NCBI GenBank assembly: GCA_976551045.1
Contig: CDPCPM010000050.1
Location: 10,230,001 to 10,294,000, forward strand
Direction of reading: 5' to 3'
DNA: 64,000 bases
Source of the DNA: Glaucostegus cemiculus
Lineage: Eukaryota
Shown: piece after piece, positions 1-12,624 of the stretch
How positions within the stretch are numbered: position 1 is the stretch's first letter
How the letters are laid out: every line of letters begins with the position of its first letter
Notes under the pieces: model-generated
Told to the model about the DNA's origin: nothing
The model's input: the letters and a program-made list of their open reading frames with translations, nothing else
The model's database searches: none
Translations under genes and position numbers: made by a program

Positions 1-2427
1 TCTGTTGCCGGTCTAGTCAGTTCTGGGCTACATGGTCACCAATAGTGGGATTGTGGTACAGAAGAAGTTGTGGATGTATGAAAGAATCCAAAATTTGTGG
101 AATCGAGAGGTTTGTAGATGATGGATTGGAAGAGGTTACAGAAGAGGTTACTGGAAGAGGAGCAAACCTCACAGAGGGATTAGGACTCAATGTGAATTTT
201 AAATTATATCACTTGGACATATGAGTAGGCTGTCAGGCATTCTTTTGAACAGGTCTATTTTTGTTCTGGTTGGGAAAAGAAGTTCAACAAAAAATTGTAC
301 AGCAAAACATGGGCTTGGCTCAAAAGGTTTGAACACTATTAGAGGTGGCACAATGAAAGAAATGCAAGGAGAATTTAACCTTAAACCTACCCATAAGGAA
401 ATTTATTCTGAGTGCTGCATAAGTCACTTTCCAAATACCTTTGGAAGATTTTCACTATTTGTGTTGATGGCTGGCGATTATAAGTATGGGAGTGTGTTTG
501 TCTTTTAGATATTAATGATTTCAGAAGTTCAGTCACTTACTCGTTTGTCAGTAATATAATGAACAAGAAGGTGCAAGTTATTTTAACTGCTGCTTTTTAT
601 CTCAGAGTTCAACCAATATTGATAGAAATGTACAATGCTATCAATAACTTGGCTGTAAGAACTTTCATTATGTTAAAAAAGAATATTCTATAAATACACT
701 TTAACAGTTATTGCTCAAATTTATTTTTAGAACCTATTTAGTCATATGAAATCAGGACTTTGTAGTTATATATGATGCCATTGTGTTAGGCTAAGTATCA
801 AGCATTAGCTTATCACAGTACAAAGGTATCGGCTATTTGTGAACCCTGGCTCTATCCTGAGAAATGATAAGTCAAAAATGAACTGAACCGAGCACCAACA
901 CCTCCTGTCCAGGCACATCCCACTTTTCAGGTGTTGCAATGTCGAATCATTAAGCAGCTCACCTCTCCTTGTTCGGTGGTGTTAATTGCCCACTAATTTC
1001 AACACTGTTTGTCAGCAGAAGCCAACAGCTGTCTTGCCGCATCATAAAATTTGAGCAAACTTTTACTTTATCAACTCTTCGATTATTATCTTTCCTTATC
1101 TTGCAAGCAGTTGCAATTGAGGGATGATATGAGTAGGGAAGGGCTGTTTAGCACTTTGGCAACACTAGTTATAGTGGGTTGCTGGCGCCAGCATGTCTCT
1201 TGGCTATCTGAGTGGCATGGGTTCAGGGCAGAAAAACACTTCACAGGCTGAGATCATACACAGGTAATTTCCACATGTAGTGATCTGTGAAGTATACCGT
1301 CTAATCTCCCATTCTGAAATTAGACATCTCCAGACATTTATTAAAGTCTGACTTGTTGACATCAGAGAACATACTAAAACAAGATTTTAATTGTTGATTT
1401 TCTGTGCATGTTGGTTAAGCTTTTCTTCATTAGGTTGAGTTCTCGTCCAACTTCAGACCTACACTGACAGATGCAATAAACTTTTATTGGTGTTTTTAGA
1501 CTTTGTTTGGAAACTAAATGATGGGGGATTCAAATAAGTTACAACATGTCACTTGGAGCTCTGCACTGTAACAATTGGCACACCAGCAGAAGATCTACAA
1601 CCTGCAGGTGGCATTCGAAACCTGTCAGCCAGCGTGGCTAATTTCTGCTTGCCGATTAAGGGAGATGTACCATAACTTTCTGAAAGAGTTTTTTACAGCA
1701 TAAAAGGAGGCTCTTTGACTTACTGTGTCGGTGCAATTGCTTGGATCCTTTCCCCTGCCTGTTCCTCATACCCTGTTTTAATCTCCATTTTTGAACCCAT
1801 CTGCTTCCTTTTTAAAAGTGATTACAATTGTTGTTTCCATCAGAGCTTTTGATAAGACTATTCTGTGTTAAAAGCCCCTTCCCATCCCGAAAGTGTTGCC
1901 TCTCCTCCACAGCGGAGATGCAGAGGTAACTGATAAATCTGTACTGTGTCAACAAAATGGTCATTTGAGGCTGGACAGAGATGTATCACATCTTTGCTAC
2001 TAGCCTGATTTCACGCATTCCCTTTCAATCTGGAGTCATTGGATATGAAGGAGCAATGAGAATTCTGGTTGATTTTCACTGATCTTGTTCCTCACTCATA
2101 CTGCCATTTAACATGAGCTCAGTCAAATGGGGATGAGAAACAGCCTTTCTAATGATTTCAAGTGACACTGGGTGATGCAGATCTCCCATGAGTGATTTAG
2201 TGAATGGAAGAGCATTATGGGAGGAAGTAAAGAACTCCCCATGGTGACATTAAGGCAGGAAGAAAGAAATCAAAGATCTCCATAGTCAAATTGCCTTGAC
2301 AAAACTATAATTTCCCCACTGCCAATTTGAAAATGATTGCACTTTAGTGTAAGAAAGCTTAAGAAAATGTACAGTAAAACATATATAGTTCATTGCCTTT
2401 TTTGATATTGACTGCCTGCATCTTCAG

Positions 2428-2454
2428 GTATTATGATAATTGGTTTAATTTGAG
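2428..2454 (+). CDS. Candidate 27-nt micro-exon of an unidentified host gene (xYYDNWFNLx)
   Basis: Acceptor gcatcttcag| and donor GAG|gtaaga; open frame G TAT TAT GAT AAT TGG TTT AAT TTG AG; phase-compatible with the 4525 candidate. Confidence 0.3.
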
Positions 2455-3769
2455 GTAAGACAATATACTGGAGGGAGTTGAAGTAGCAGCATCTCACATG
2501 CAGTTTCACAATACAGTCCAACAGGACTTGTGCTGTAAGTTGGAACACTTGCGTTTATTCCAACTTGTGACCTCTGAGCCCCTCTGAAGTCTGATCATTG
2601 CTGCATTGAACTACACTTATGGTTGAAGCGTATCCATTCCTTAAAACTGTAGCATTGATGTCTATTGACAAGGATAGAATTTTATCATGGTATCTTACTC
2701 AGATTGTGTGACCATCAATAAGTGTGCTTCTGTTGAATTCATTTCACCCCTATCTCGTTGTCTTTTTCACATCCATAATTGAATGATTACACATTTATAC
2801 AAGGTCAAAGATGGGAAAAGAGCTGTCATTGCTGTTGTCTAAACTGTGAAACAATTTTTGGGGGTGACAGCCTCAAACTCACCTGAGGGATTAACCCACT
2901 GGCACCATTACAGGATTGCCCACTTTAACCTTTAGACAGTCAATAGTTTTGGCTAAAGTTCCTGTCTGACACAGACAAGGGCCTTATTATGTAGGAAAAA
3001 GAGAGGGTGAAAGACATAGTTATGATGCATTTTTGCTGTAATTAAATCATGAACATCCTTAATCCATCCACAAAACATGAGTGATAAAAGTTGTTTGCAT
3101 TGGCATTTTCAGAAATGTTTAAAAGTTTCCTCAGCCATCATTAAAAAACTGAGAGCAACAGTTTGCTTGTGTTCCTCTGAGTGTTTGCTGCTTATACTAA
3201 ATTATAATGCTTGCAGTGCCTGGCAGATATTCAGTACTTGGAAAATGCTTCTGGCATTCTATTCTTCATGTGGGTCTTTCTGGCAACTCATGTACAGTGA
3301 CGACTTCCAGTACTCAACCACCCAGTGATGCTGCCAGACTGCTTGTGTGACGGATAAGCCATAATTTATTCCAGTCAACTACTGGGAAGACAGAAGCTAT
3401 TGCTTTCAATCTCTGCCACAAACTCTGCATCGAAGCCACTGACTTACCAAACACCCACCCCATCCCAAGACTGAGGTCAAAATAAACTTTATGTTCTATT
3501 TAACTTCAAGCTGAGCTTCCAGCTCCAAATCCTCTCCACCTGAGGGACCAAATATTTTTCCTACATATAATATCATCTGGCTGGTCCATTCTTTAAGCCA
3601 TAGAACCATAGAACAATACAGTACTCTATCAGTGCTCTCAAGACATTTTCCTGTCTTTCATTCTCTGTAGACAGTATGTAAAAGTTCTGCTGCATTTATC
3701 CATTTCCTCATCAAGCTGTCACTAACCCCACCCCACCCTTTCTTTTCCTTCCCTGCCACACTCCTTTGT

Positions 3770-4182
3770 CTTCCTTTATTCCTATGGCTCCCTTCCCCCA
3801 CCTTGATGACCTGCCCATCTCCTCTCCTCCCCTCCTCCATCCTTTATTCCATGGTCCTCTGCCCTCTCCTAACGGATTCCTCCTTCTTCAGCCCTTTACC
3901 TCTTCTACTTATCACCTCTCAGCTTATTACATCTCCCCCTCCCCAACCCACCTACCAACCCCTCTCACCTGGACTTGCCTGTCACCTGAACTCGCCTGTC
4001 ACCTAAACTCACCTCGCCCCTGCCTGCGTGTGCTGCTCCCCCTCCTCCCAACCTTCTTATTCTGGCTTCTGCCCTCTTCCTTTCCAGTCCTGATGAAGGG
4101 TCTCGGCCTGAAACGTCGACTGTTTATTTCCATCCATGGATGATGCCTGACCTGCTGAGTTCCTCCAGCACTTTTTGTGTAC
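3770..4182 (+). mobile_element. Non-autonomous Penelope-like element (pyrimidine-rich body plus hammerhead-bearing terminus)
   Basis: Body followed by cctgatgaagggtctcggcctgaaacgtcgactg...gctgagttcctccagcactttttgtgt, a recurrent chondrichthyan repeat end; homologous copies at 40.4 kb and 51.8 kb. Confidence 0.75.
4085..4122 (+). ncRNA. Minimal type I hammerhead ribozyme motif
   Basis: CAGTC (stem I) CTGATGA AGG-gtctcgg-CCT (stem II) GAAAC GTC^ GACTG (stem I'); stem III reduced to the ACGT palindrome. Confidence 0.75.
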
Positions 4183-4524
4183 TAACCCATTTACCCCACG
4201 CTCATTAATATTCGTTAGTCCCTGAAGCCTCAAATATGAAATTCTCATTCAGGTATTTTTTATAGATCCGTGCCAGTCCTTTACACTGTATCCTCCACTC
4301 ATCACTGCTGGTCAGTGTTTGGGCTAAAGCACACAGGTTGAGCAACATAAGGAATATCTTTATATCTGATGTGGCAGTGTCTGGCTATGACTAGAAACTG
4401 AGGAAAATATTTTATTTCCTGGCATTGACTGCAAAATGAATCAAAACATGTGAAGGAAACTTCTGTTTGGAAATACGGCATAGTCCAATTTTCCCCAATC
4501 CTCTTCCTCGTTGTCTCTCCGCAG

Positions 4525-4564
4525 GTTGAGTATGAAAATGCGACGCCTTAAATCAGTTGTTAGA
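4525..4564 (+). CDS. Candidate 40-nt exon (xLSMKMRRLKSVVR)
   Basis: Strong polypyrimidine acceptor ctcttcctcgttgtctctccgcag|, donor AGA|gtgagt, open frame. Confidence 0.45.
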
Positions 4565-4639
4565 GTGAGTCCTTCACTGGAAGCAGTGATTAATTTTGTT
4601 TAACTTTACTTCTTGCTGTGCAGTCTGGGTTGGTAGGTC

Positions 4640-4950
4640 AAGAGTTCTACCTTTGGATCACTCAGAGCAGCCGGTAGGGCCACTGACTTCGGGTGCTGTC
4701 TGTGTGGAGTTTGCACGTTCTCCCTGTGGCCGTGTGTGTTTCTTCTGTCTGCTCTGGTTTCCTCCCACATCTCAAAGGGATGCAATTTGGTATGTTAATT
4801 GACTGCTGTATATTGACCCTGGTGTGTAAGTGAGGGTCTGTGGGGATTTGAATGTAAAACAAATGGGATTAGTGTAGGATTAGAATAAATGGGTGCTTGA
4901 AGGTTGGTGAAGACTCGGTGCACTGAAGGGCCTGTTGCCATGCTGTACAA
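4640..4950 (+). mobile_element. V-SINE (HE1-like) with CR1-type tail
   Basis: gtggagtttgcacgttctcc...ggtttcctcccacatc V-domain; tail gaagggcctgttgccatgctgta. Confidence 0.85.
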
Positions 4951-5292
4951 CAGCAGACTCCTGACTCCCATCAGGTTCCCTAGGGCGGTGGTACTGTAAG
5001 TTGACTCCCAGTCTGATGTCAAAGGGTGGTACATTCCGTGGATTTATAAAGTGACGGTTAAATTAAGTGGGACAAAATATTTCAAAAATGTCCTCGATTT
5101 ACTGGCTAGCTCTGTAACATACTTTATAATCATCCCCACCCACAGATTTGGGTTATTGGGAATGTTTCCATGGTTTTCCATTTTGTTCTCATGGAGATTC
5201 CATAAAAACTCTAACAGTGAGCACAGTGACCTTCTCTTTATAACGAGTTTTCCAGCAGTGCTGAATTATTCCTTACAGACCGAATAATAATG

Positions 5293-5460
5293 GAAAATGC
5301 TGGAATCTCTCGACAGGTGGAGCAGCATCTGTGGAAAGAGAAACAGAGCTAACATTTCAGGTCAAAAGAACCTCAAACATTAATTCTTTCTCTTTCCACA
5401 GATTGTGCCTGACCGGTTGAATGCTTCCAGCATTTTCTGTTTTTATTTCAGATTTCCAGC
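5293..5460. mobile_element. Palindromic remnant of Penelope-like element termini
   Basis: aaaatgctgga...gcagcatctgtggaaagag followed by its diverged reverse complement ctctttccacaga...tccagcatttt. Confidence 0.65.
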
Positions 5461-5540
5461 AGGGATTAAGATACAAATAAAGGCTTGAGTGAATGTACAT
5501 TTCATGGTACAGTATAATCTGTAAGAAAAAGAACAACATT

Positions 5541-5582
5541 TACAATTGCACTTGGATCATAATTGATCCAAGTGCAATTGTA
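5541..5582. repeat. Perfect 19-bp inverted repeat with 4-nt loop
   Basis: tacaattgcacttggatca-taat-tgatccaagtgcaattgta. Confidence 0.95.
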
Positions 5583-7285
5583 CTTCATTACAACTCTGGG
5601 ATACTGGGCGAGAAGTTGAGATTGTTGGCAATTGGCTTTTGGATGCTGTAGGTCCCCTTGGATCTCTGCAGCCTATTCGGCCCCCCATTGCTGAGAACAT
5701 TAAAGTACGCTAGTTATGCACAATGGCAGTATGCAGCACAGCTGGATCATGATGTCAATCAACAGGAATGCTGATTCGATGCCAAGGTTTCTATTTTGGA
5801 GCTCAAAGCAGAAGCCAACGCCCTTTCTTAACCTTGTAAAGCTGAAGATGTTTGGCTGCAGGAAAGACTCACCCACTCCCACCTCACCACTGACCTCCTA
5901 CTTCTAACCAAGGCGATGTAAAGGATCATCATTGGCAGGCTAGTTGTTGGCTGATTGGTTCTGGCTGTTGTTATGATAACAAGTTTTAAGTGATTTCTAT
6001 AGTTGTTTTAAATTGCGAAAGGAATGGTATGGAAATGCTGAAGGATTTTGTTTTCCTGACGAAGGGCTTTTACCAAACTTTGGTGCATTGGCAGGCAATC
6101 CCCTTACAATGCACTGGGTTGAGAGGATGAACAGAGCTTCCACGGAGCAAATCAAATGGCTGCAATAAGCAGGTGATCGGAGGGGAATAGGTTACCAGGG
6201 ACTGTGAGTACGATGGCAACAGAATCAATCAGGGCATCCAAAAAGGTCATTGGATACACTTTTGAGTTAGAATCATTTTCAGGGTTATGGAGAAAGGACA
6301 AAGGAATGGGTCTGACAAGATTGTTCTTCTTGGATCCAACACAGACACATCGACTTGGATGACCTTCTTCTGATGCAGTAACAATCCTATGAGTCCATGA
6401 TTCTACATCCACTCAGGGTAGAGGGAACAATTTTACCTGAATCCCCATGAGGGACAGCTTTTGACACATAAGTTTGTCCTCATTGAAATATTCTATCATC
6501 TTTTGCAGCCACAACTACAATCTAAGTGTAGAACAAGGACTACATTGCCCTGGACTTAAGGAAATTAACTTCTATGCTTCAGTCTCCTTTCAGGATGGAA
6601 CTGAAGATATTTCCAACATTTGACTGTCTGCTGTTCACTGTTGTTTAACTAGGTGGAAACAAATGGGTGAGTCACTTAGCTCATTGAAGAGAGAACTAAT
6701 TCATTCTGTTTCACCAGTAACAAATAGGGGGAGTGAGAACATTGTTTTGCTAAGACTGGAGGTTTCCCATTGTGCATGCTGTCACTGAGGCCACGTTCAT
6801 AACTTTACAGGGACTACATGCCAACTTTGCCCTATACACTCATATCCCAATTAGCACTACCTCGCAGAGGGACGATTCATTATGATGCTCTTGGTCCTAA
6901 TGTTCAAACGCTCACAAGTACATAACCCCTGTGTTTTAAAAAGGGACAGTCACTGGGGTTGTGTGTTTCTGTGCTAAAAACCTGGCATGAACCCTTGCTG
7001 TCCTGTTATTGCACACTGCCGTACCAACAACCTGGGTGCCAATAATATAGCTCTCAACATATGATGCTACAGAGTCCCCTTTAAGCACTGATTCAGTAGC
7101 GCCCCGGTTTCTGGGAACATATCCTGAGTATTCAGTGAGGTACCAATGTAGGGGAATGGAAAGAGTATGCACAACCCAAAATCCAGGCAGTGTGTGATCA
7201 CAGTCGCAAGTCATGTCGTCATTACCTGTACCTTGGCAGTAGGTGTAATATCTGTATTCTGCAGCAATCTGTTCTGTTAGCTTCT

Positions 7286-7810
7286 TAACATAGAACATAA
7301 GATAGTGCAGCACAGGAACAGGCCCTTCAGCCCACAATGTCTGTGCCAAACATGATGCCAAATTAAACTTGATCTCTTTTGCTTGTACATTATCCCTATC
7401 CCTCCATTCTCTGTATATTGATGTCTATCTAAAAGCCTTTAAATGCCACTATCGTATCTGCTTCCACCACTACCCCTGGCAGCCAGTTTCAGGCACCTAC
7501 CATTCTCTGTGTAAGAAAACTTGCTTCACACATCTCCTTTACACTCTCCCCCTCTAACCTTAAATGCATGTCATCTAATACTTGATATTTCTACCCTGGG
7601 AAAAAGATTCTGACTGTCTGTCTCTACCACTCATAATTTTATAAACTTCAGCTCTCCCCTCAGCCTCTGACGCTTCAGAGAAAACAATCCAACTTCTCTT
7701 TATAACTCATATCCTCTAATCAGGCATCATCCTGGTAAACTTCTACTGCACCCTTTCAAAAGCCTTCACATCCTTCCTGTAATAGGGCGACCAGAATTGC
7801 ACACAATTCT
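7286..7810 (-). mobile_element. CR1/HER1-type LINE, 3' fragment
   Basis: acatagaacataga...acaggcccttcagcccac tail; atcctggtaaac...gcgaccagaattgcacaca ORF2 C-terminal region in reverse. Confidence 0.85.
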
Positions 7811-10194
7811 TTGTGCAGCTACAACAAATGATTTGACTGAAGAATCCAGGTACACATGTGGAATTTACACATAATAAAAGTCAGACTGTCTCTCAAGACG
7901 TTATAGACCAGATCAGCTGCACATTGTCTGGGATGCTCTGCAGGAGCCCTTCAAAGGTGTTCTGAAAGACAGGACAGGTGCCGAGGTTTGTAGTGGTCTG
8001 CCGTGTGTCCTCTCATAACAGGGCACAGCCTTTGCCATTAGATACATGACGAGCAAGAGAGAAGCAGGACCATAGAGAGGAAGGCAGATTACTGGATTGC
8101 TGTGATATCCTATAAGCTCCTTTGCACATTGTAATGACTGTCCTTGCAGCCATGAGGTTTCATAACACCACTCCAATGTTGTGTTGACAGTTAAATGCAA
8201 GCTGCTATATCAGCTATAAGACACTTCATCATGGTTGGGTCTACAAGAGTGCTAAGAGTTGGCCACCATTTCTACACTAGAAAGGTTAAGTCTCCTCTGT
8301 GTCCCAAGTTGATGCCAAGCTTTTATGATTACTCAACATGTCAGCTTTGCCCTATCCTTCTGCAGCCTGCCTATCTATGTCCTCATCAACAGAACCTGCC
8401 CACTGATCCTGAGCTACCTTTTCTGGGTAAGCTCTCAGCCACAGGGATCCCAATAACAGCAAGCATAGAGGTTAGGACATGCTGTCTCAGGAATGCTTGA
8501 CCCCTTCAATTGGCTCCTGATACATTCAGCTGTGCATCACCTTGTTCTGCCTAGGAGGAGTAATGTGTGCTAGTGAGTGTCATGCAATGTGTTTGGGTGG
8601 TATGGCTTTCATGGCTGAATAGCAAGTGGTGTCTACAAGCTGTGAGATGTTGGTGTGTGGTTTGCAGCAGTGCCAAGTCTATGAGAGTGCAGTGGAGCTT
8701 ATGCTGTATCAGGAATCTGGGTGCAGTAATACAGCTCTCAACAAGTGCTATATTGACACCTCTTATACTGATTCAGTAGTGCCCTCATTCCTGAGAATGC
8801 ATCCTGAGTAGTAAATGAGGTAGCAAGATAATGGAATGGAATGGAAAGAGTTTGCACAGCCCATCCACATTCCAAGTTGGTGCCAAGATTTTCTTTATGA
8901 TTACTCAACATGTCAGCTTTGCCCTATCCTTCTGCAGCCTGTCCATCTATGTCCTCATATGAGCACTGATCGATAGAGATTGTTGGTGGGTGAATGATCA
9001 ACCATCCACCATCATTGTCTAGAACAACTGCAACTCTAACACTCTTCTGCAACCACCATATTACAACCTCATGCCTCCGAATTGGCTGTGGCTTTAACCT
9101 ACCCCTGTCCCACTGCATTCAGCTCCCCAGAAAAGTAATGAACCTTTCCTCAATCAATGCCCAACCCAATCTTCAATGTCCCATCTCTGTTTCCAACAAA
9201 CTTTTCCACCTCTCAATTCCATCCCAGGCCTCTCACCATTGCAATTCCTTTAGGATTCACAGCAACCTTCCTAAGTTCCTTTGCTCACTCTGAAGCAAAG
9301 GAATGGCCTTTGAGCATGCTAAACATGTAAGACTTGTTCTATTGTGCACAATCTTATGGCACAATAAAACTTCAGCATTCTCATGTGCAAAACATGCATT
9401 AACTCTCTGTACAATATACTATTCACATGCCTTTTCTGGTGTTAAAAGATTTCCTAGGTCAATATCTTTTAAGGAGAGCTCAGTTCATGTTAAACATTTT
9501 GTTTGCCGAAAGAGAGAGTGTGCACTGTGTTGTCTCAAGTGCTGTAACTCTGTAAAATTAGTGACTTGCAAGTGTCCTCATTTACTTGTTTTTGACTGCA
9601 AGTCAGAATATAGATTTGCACACCTTTATTCCTTGAGTTTAAGACAAACAAATGAGCTGCCTTACTTATTGCCACAGGAGTCAATCCACAGCGTATTAAA
9701 AGCACAGCCAACAAAGAATAGGAAGTTGTTGACAATTTGTTGTAAATTGGCGTCTGCAGGAATGCAGCATGCTTTCAACAGGATGGGAGCTGATGCTGTG
9801 GTTGTGTACACTTAGAAGCTTTTATAGGTGTCTCATTAGATGACCTTCTAAGGTCCACTTAGAAGCAAGAAAAGAACAGGATGTTAATAGACTCCGCAAT
9901 GAAAACAAACCATGTCATTTTACAAATTAAAAGTGCTCTATTTTTTTTCTCCATTTACTTCTTTCTTCCAAAATATGTGAGTAAAATAAATCCTTCAACA
10001 TTAGCTGCAGTTATGATGTTCAAACAGACACGTGGTAGCTAAATGTCTTGTTTATTTGTTAGAAATTCTCATTTGTGAACAAATAAATGTCAGGAGTTGG
10101 AATGTGAGTGCACTCCGAGCTGTAAAAGATTTAAAGGTGTAGTCTTCATTTAGAAGCCTCTGCATTAAGAGCAATTTTATTGGAATAGAACTCA

Positions 10195-10500
10195 CAGCTT
10201 GTGCAGCTGCTGCCTTTCAGCACCAGTGCCCTGGTTTCAATGCTGACCCCTGGTGCTACCTGTGTAGAGTCTGCATGCTCTCCCGATAGATTTCCTTCAT
10301 GTGTATTGGCACAATGGGTCTCCTTCAAGTTAGTGGCCATTCTAAACTGCCCCTACTGTTTAGGAAAGTAATAGAATATGGTGAGAATTAATGTGAATGT
10401 GGATCAAATACATTACAGGGAAATTTAGTGGGTGATTGGATTGCTCTGTGAGCCCGCATGGACTTGTTATGCTTATTGGCCTTTCACATCATAAGGTAAT
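10195..10500 (+). mobile_element. Degenerate V-SINE
   Basis: gctgcctttcagcaccagtgccctggtttcaatgctgacc...tgtgtagagtctgcatgctctccc. Confidence 0.65.
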
Positions 10501-10579
10501 AGGAATTCTCAAACTGAATTCCACCAAATTGCTGGGTAGATTTGAACCAATAGAACTATTAAACAGGTCAGTGCTCAAA

Positions 10580-11045
10580 ATCAGGTTTATTATCATTGAC
10601 TTATATGTCATGAAATTTGTTGTTTTGTGGCAGTGGTACAGTGCAAAGACATAAAATAGCTATAAGTTACAAAATAAATAAATAGTGCAAAAACAAAAGG
10701 AATAATGAACTGTTCAGAAATCTGATGGCAGAGGGGAAGAAGCTGTTCCTAAATCGTTGAGTGTGGGTCTTCAGGCTTCTGTACCTTCTCCCGGTGGTAG
10801 TAACGAGAAGAGGGCATGTCCCGGGTGGTGAGGGCCCTCAGTGATGGATGCCGCCATCTTGAGGCATCGCCTCTTGAAAGTGTCCTCAATGGTGGGGAGG
10901 ATTGTGCCTGTGATGGAGCTGGCTGTGTCTACAACCCTCTGCCGTCTCTTGTGATCCTGTGCGTTGGAGCCTCCATACTAGGCGGTGATACAATCAGTGA
11001 TAATGCTCTCCACCATACATCTATAGAAATTTGCAAGAGCCTTTG
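10580..11045 (-). mobile_element. Rex1/Babar LINE, 3' fragment
   Basis: caggtttattatcattgac...gaaatttgttgttttgtggcagt...gggaagaagctgttcct; reverse complement of the 38.6-39.4 kb family end. Confidence 0.8.
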
Positions 11046-12259
11046 TTCTCATAACATAACTGAAAGGTTATTTGCTTATTCCACCAGCTCACCTGTAGCG
11101 TTCAACAGATACAAAGGTGAAAAATTTCCTGGCCCACTTGCCTGTGGGAATGGCAAAGATACAAATAGAAGGAAGTTAACAGTTAGATTGACTGAATCTG
11201 AAAAAAATAAATAAGATTATTGGCCTTACTTTTAATTTAGGGCACATTGCTGATAAGAATAACCACCTCTGCTTTTCTTTCAAATGTAATGAAATTTTGA
11301 AAAGGGTCAAAAGGCTTGTTTCAGTATTATTTGGCAAATACGTGTAATTGGACTCAAAACGAGGAGTGAATTGATTGCAATTTTTATAACATGGAAGGAC
11401 CTCAGACAGCTCATTAAATGTCTAATGACTGCTGCATTAAGAATACCTTAAACCTTGGATTAGATGCATTTGAGTGTACTAGAGGAGGTACTTTGTTACT
11501 GATCTCAGCAGCTACAAATAACACATTTTTAATAAAATATTCAATAGCTTAAGTTGTGTGGAGTGATAGAAGAAGCCTCAAATTGTCTCCTGGCCTTGAA
11601 GGAGTGTTGTACTTACTCATATATCAGAGGAAGGTAAAACTGCAGGATGATTTATTTCAGCCTAAACTCTGCTGCGATGCCTAGCAGACAACTGTGGAGA
11701 GTACAGGAGGGGTCTAAACTGGGTAACTTCTGAACATGAGCACAGGTAACATTTTGTGCAATTCTGCTCATTACTCCATGCAGCAGTGGCTGGCCACACT
11801 CTGCTTTGGTGTATCACTCTAGACAACACCCATTTTTGGCCTCATCTTAAAGTGGAGGTGCATTGTGATTGCAGCAGATGCTGGCGAATGTGCTGGATTT
11901 CAGTCTGTCATGGGAGACATGGAAAAGTAGAACATAGGAGAGTATTGGGCCCCCACACTTTACCAATGCTACATATAGTGCATTATCGGTGGAGCTGATG
12001 GTAAAGAAGCGATGGTCTTCACAGCTATCAGGAGGGCCTCTATACATATGCTGTGAAGGCAGTGGGAGGAGGCAGCTATGGATTAAGCCCTTAGAACTTG
12101 GATTTTGGGTTGTAAGTTCAACTACCTTTTCCGTGTTGTGAAATCAGCTGTAAAAACCTGAATATAGGAATATTGGAATACCTCATTTGTGGTATCAAGG
12201 TTGATGACCACATCTTCTAATATGATTGCCCGCAGTTGCATCAAATCCTGCTTGAAGCA

Positions 12260-12260
<1 letters not shown>

Positions 12261-12327
<67 letters not shown>
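12261..12327 (+). repeat. (CA)33 microsatellite
   Basis: Direct read. Confidence 0.98.
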
Positions 12328-12329
<2 letters not shown>

Positions 12330-12531
12330 CCAGCACACACTTAACAACAATCCTTCAGGGATATTCTCACCTCCTCATATTTAGCACTGCTGTCAAATTC
12401 ATGCTTGGATGTCACTGCTGTGATGGGTACATCATGCAAACACATGTGTAGTGTTCACTAGCACACTTCCCTCCATCATGAGGGGCAGGTTGGCACATAG
12501 TTGTAACTGCTAAATGATGGGGAGAGAAGAG

Positions 12532-12534
<3 letters not shown>

Positions 12535-12622
<88 letters not shown>
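12535..12622 (+). repeat. (TG)44 microsatellite
   Basis: Direct read. Confidence 0.98.

Positions 12623-12624
<2 letters not shown>

Noticed and set aside
5953-5980. CCAAT plus RFX X-box-like motif (also CRE at ~36781, X-box-like at ~56519)
   Set aside because: Short motifs expected by chance in 64 kb; no CpG island or TSS evidence
9303-9815. 170-aa Cys-rich ORF
   Set aside because: No recognisable domain or zinc-finger spacing; compatible with chance
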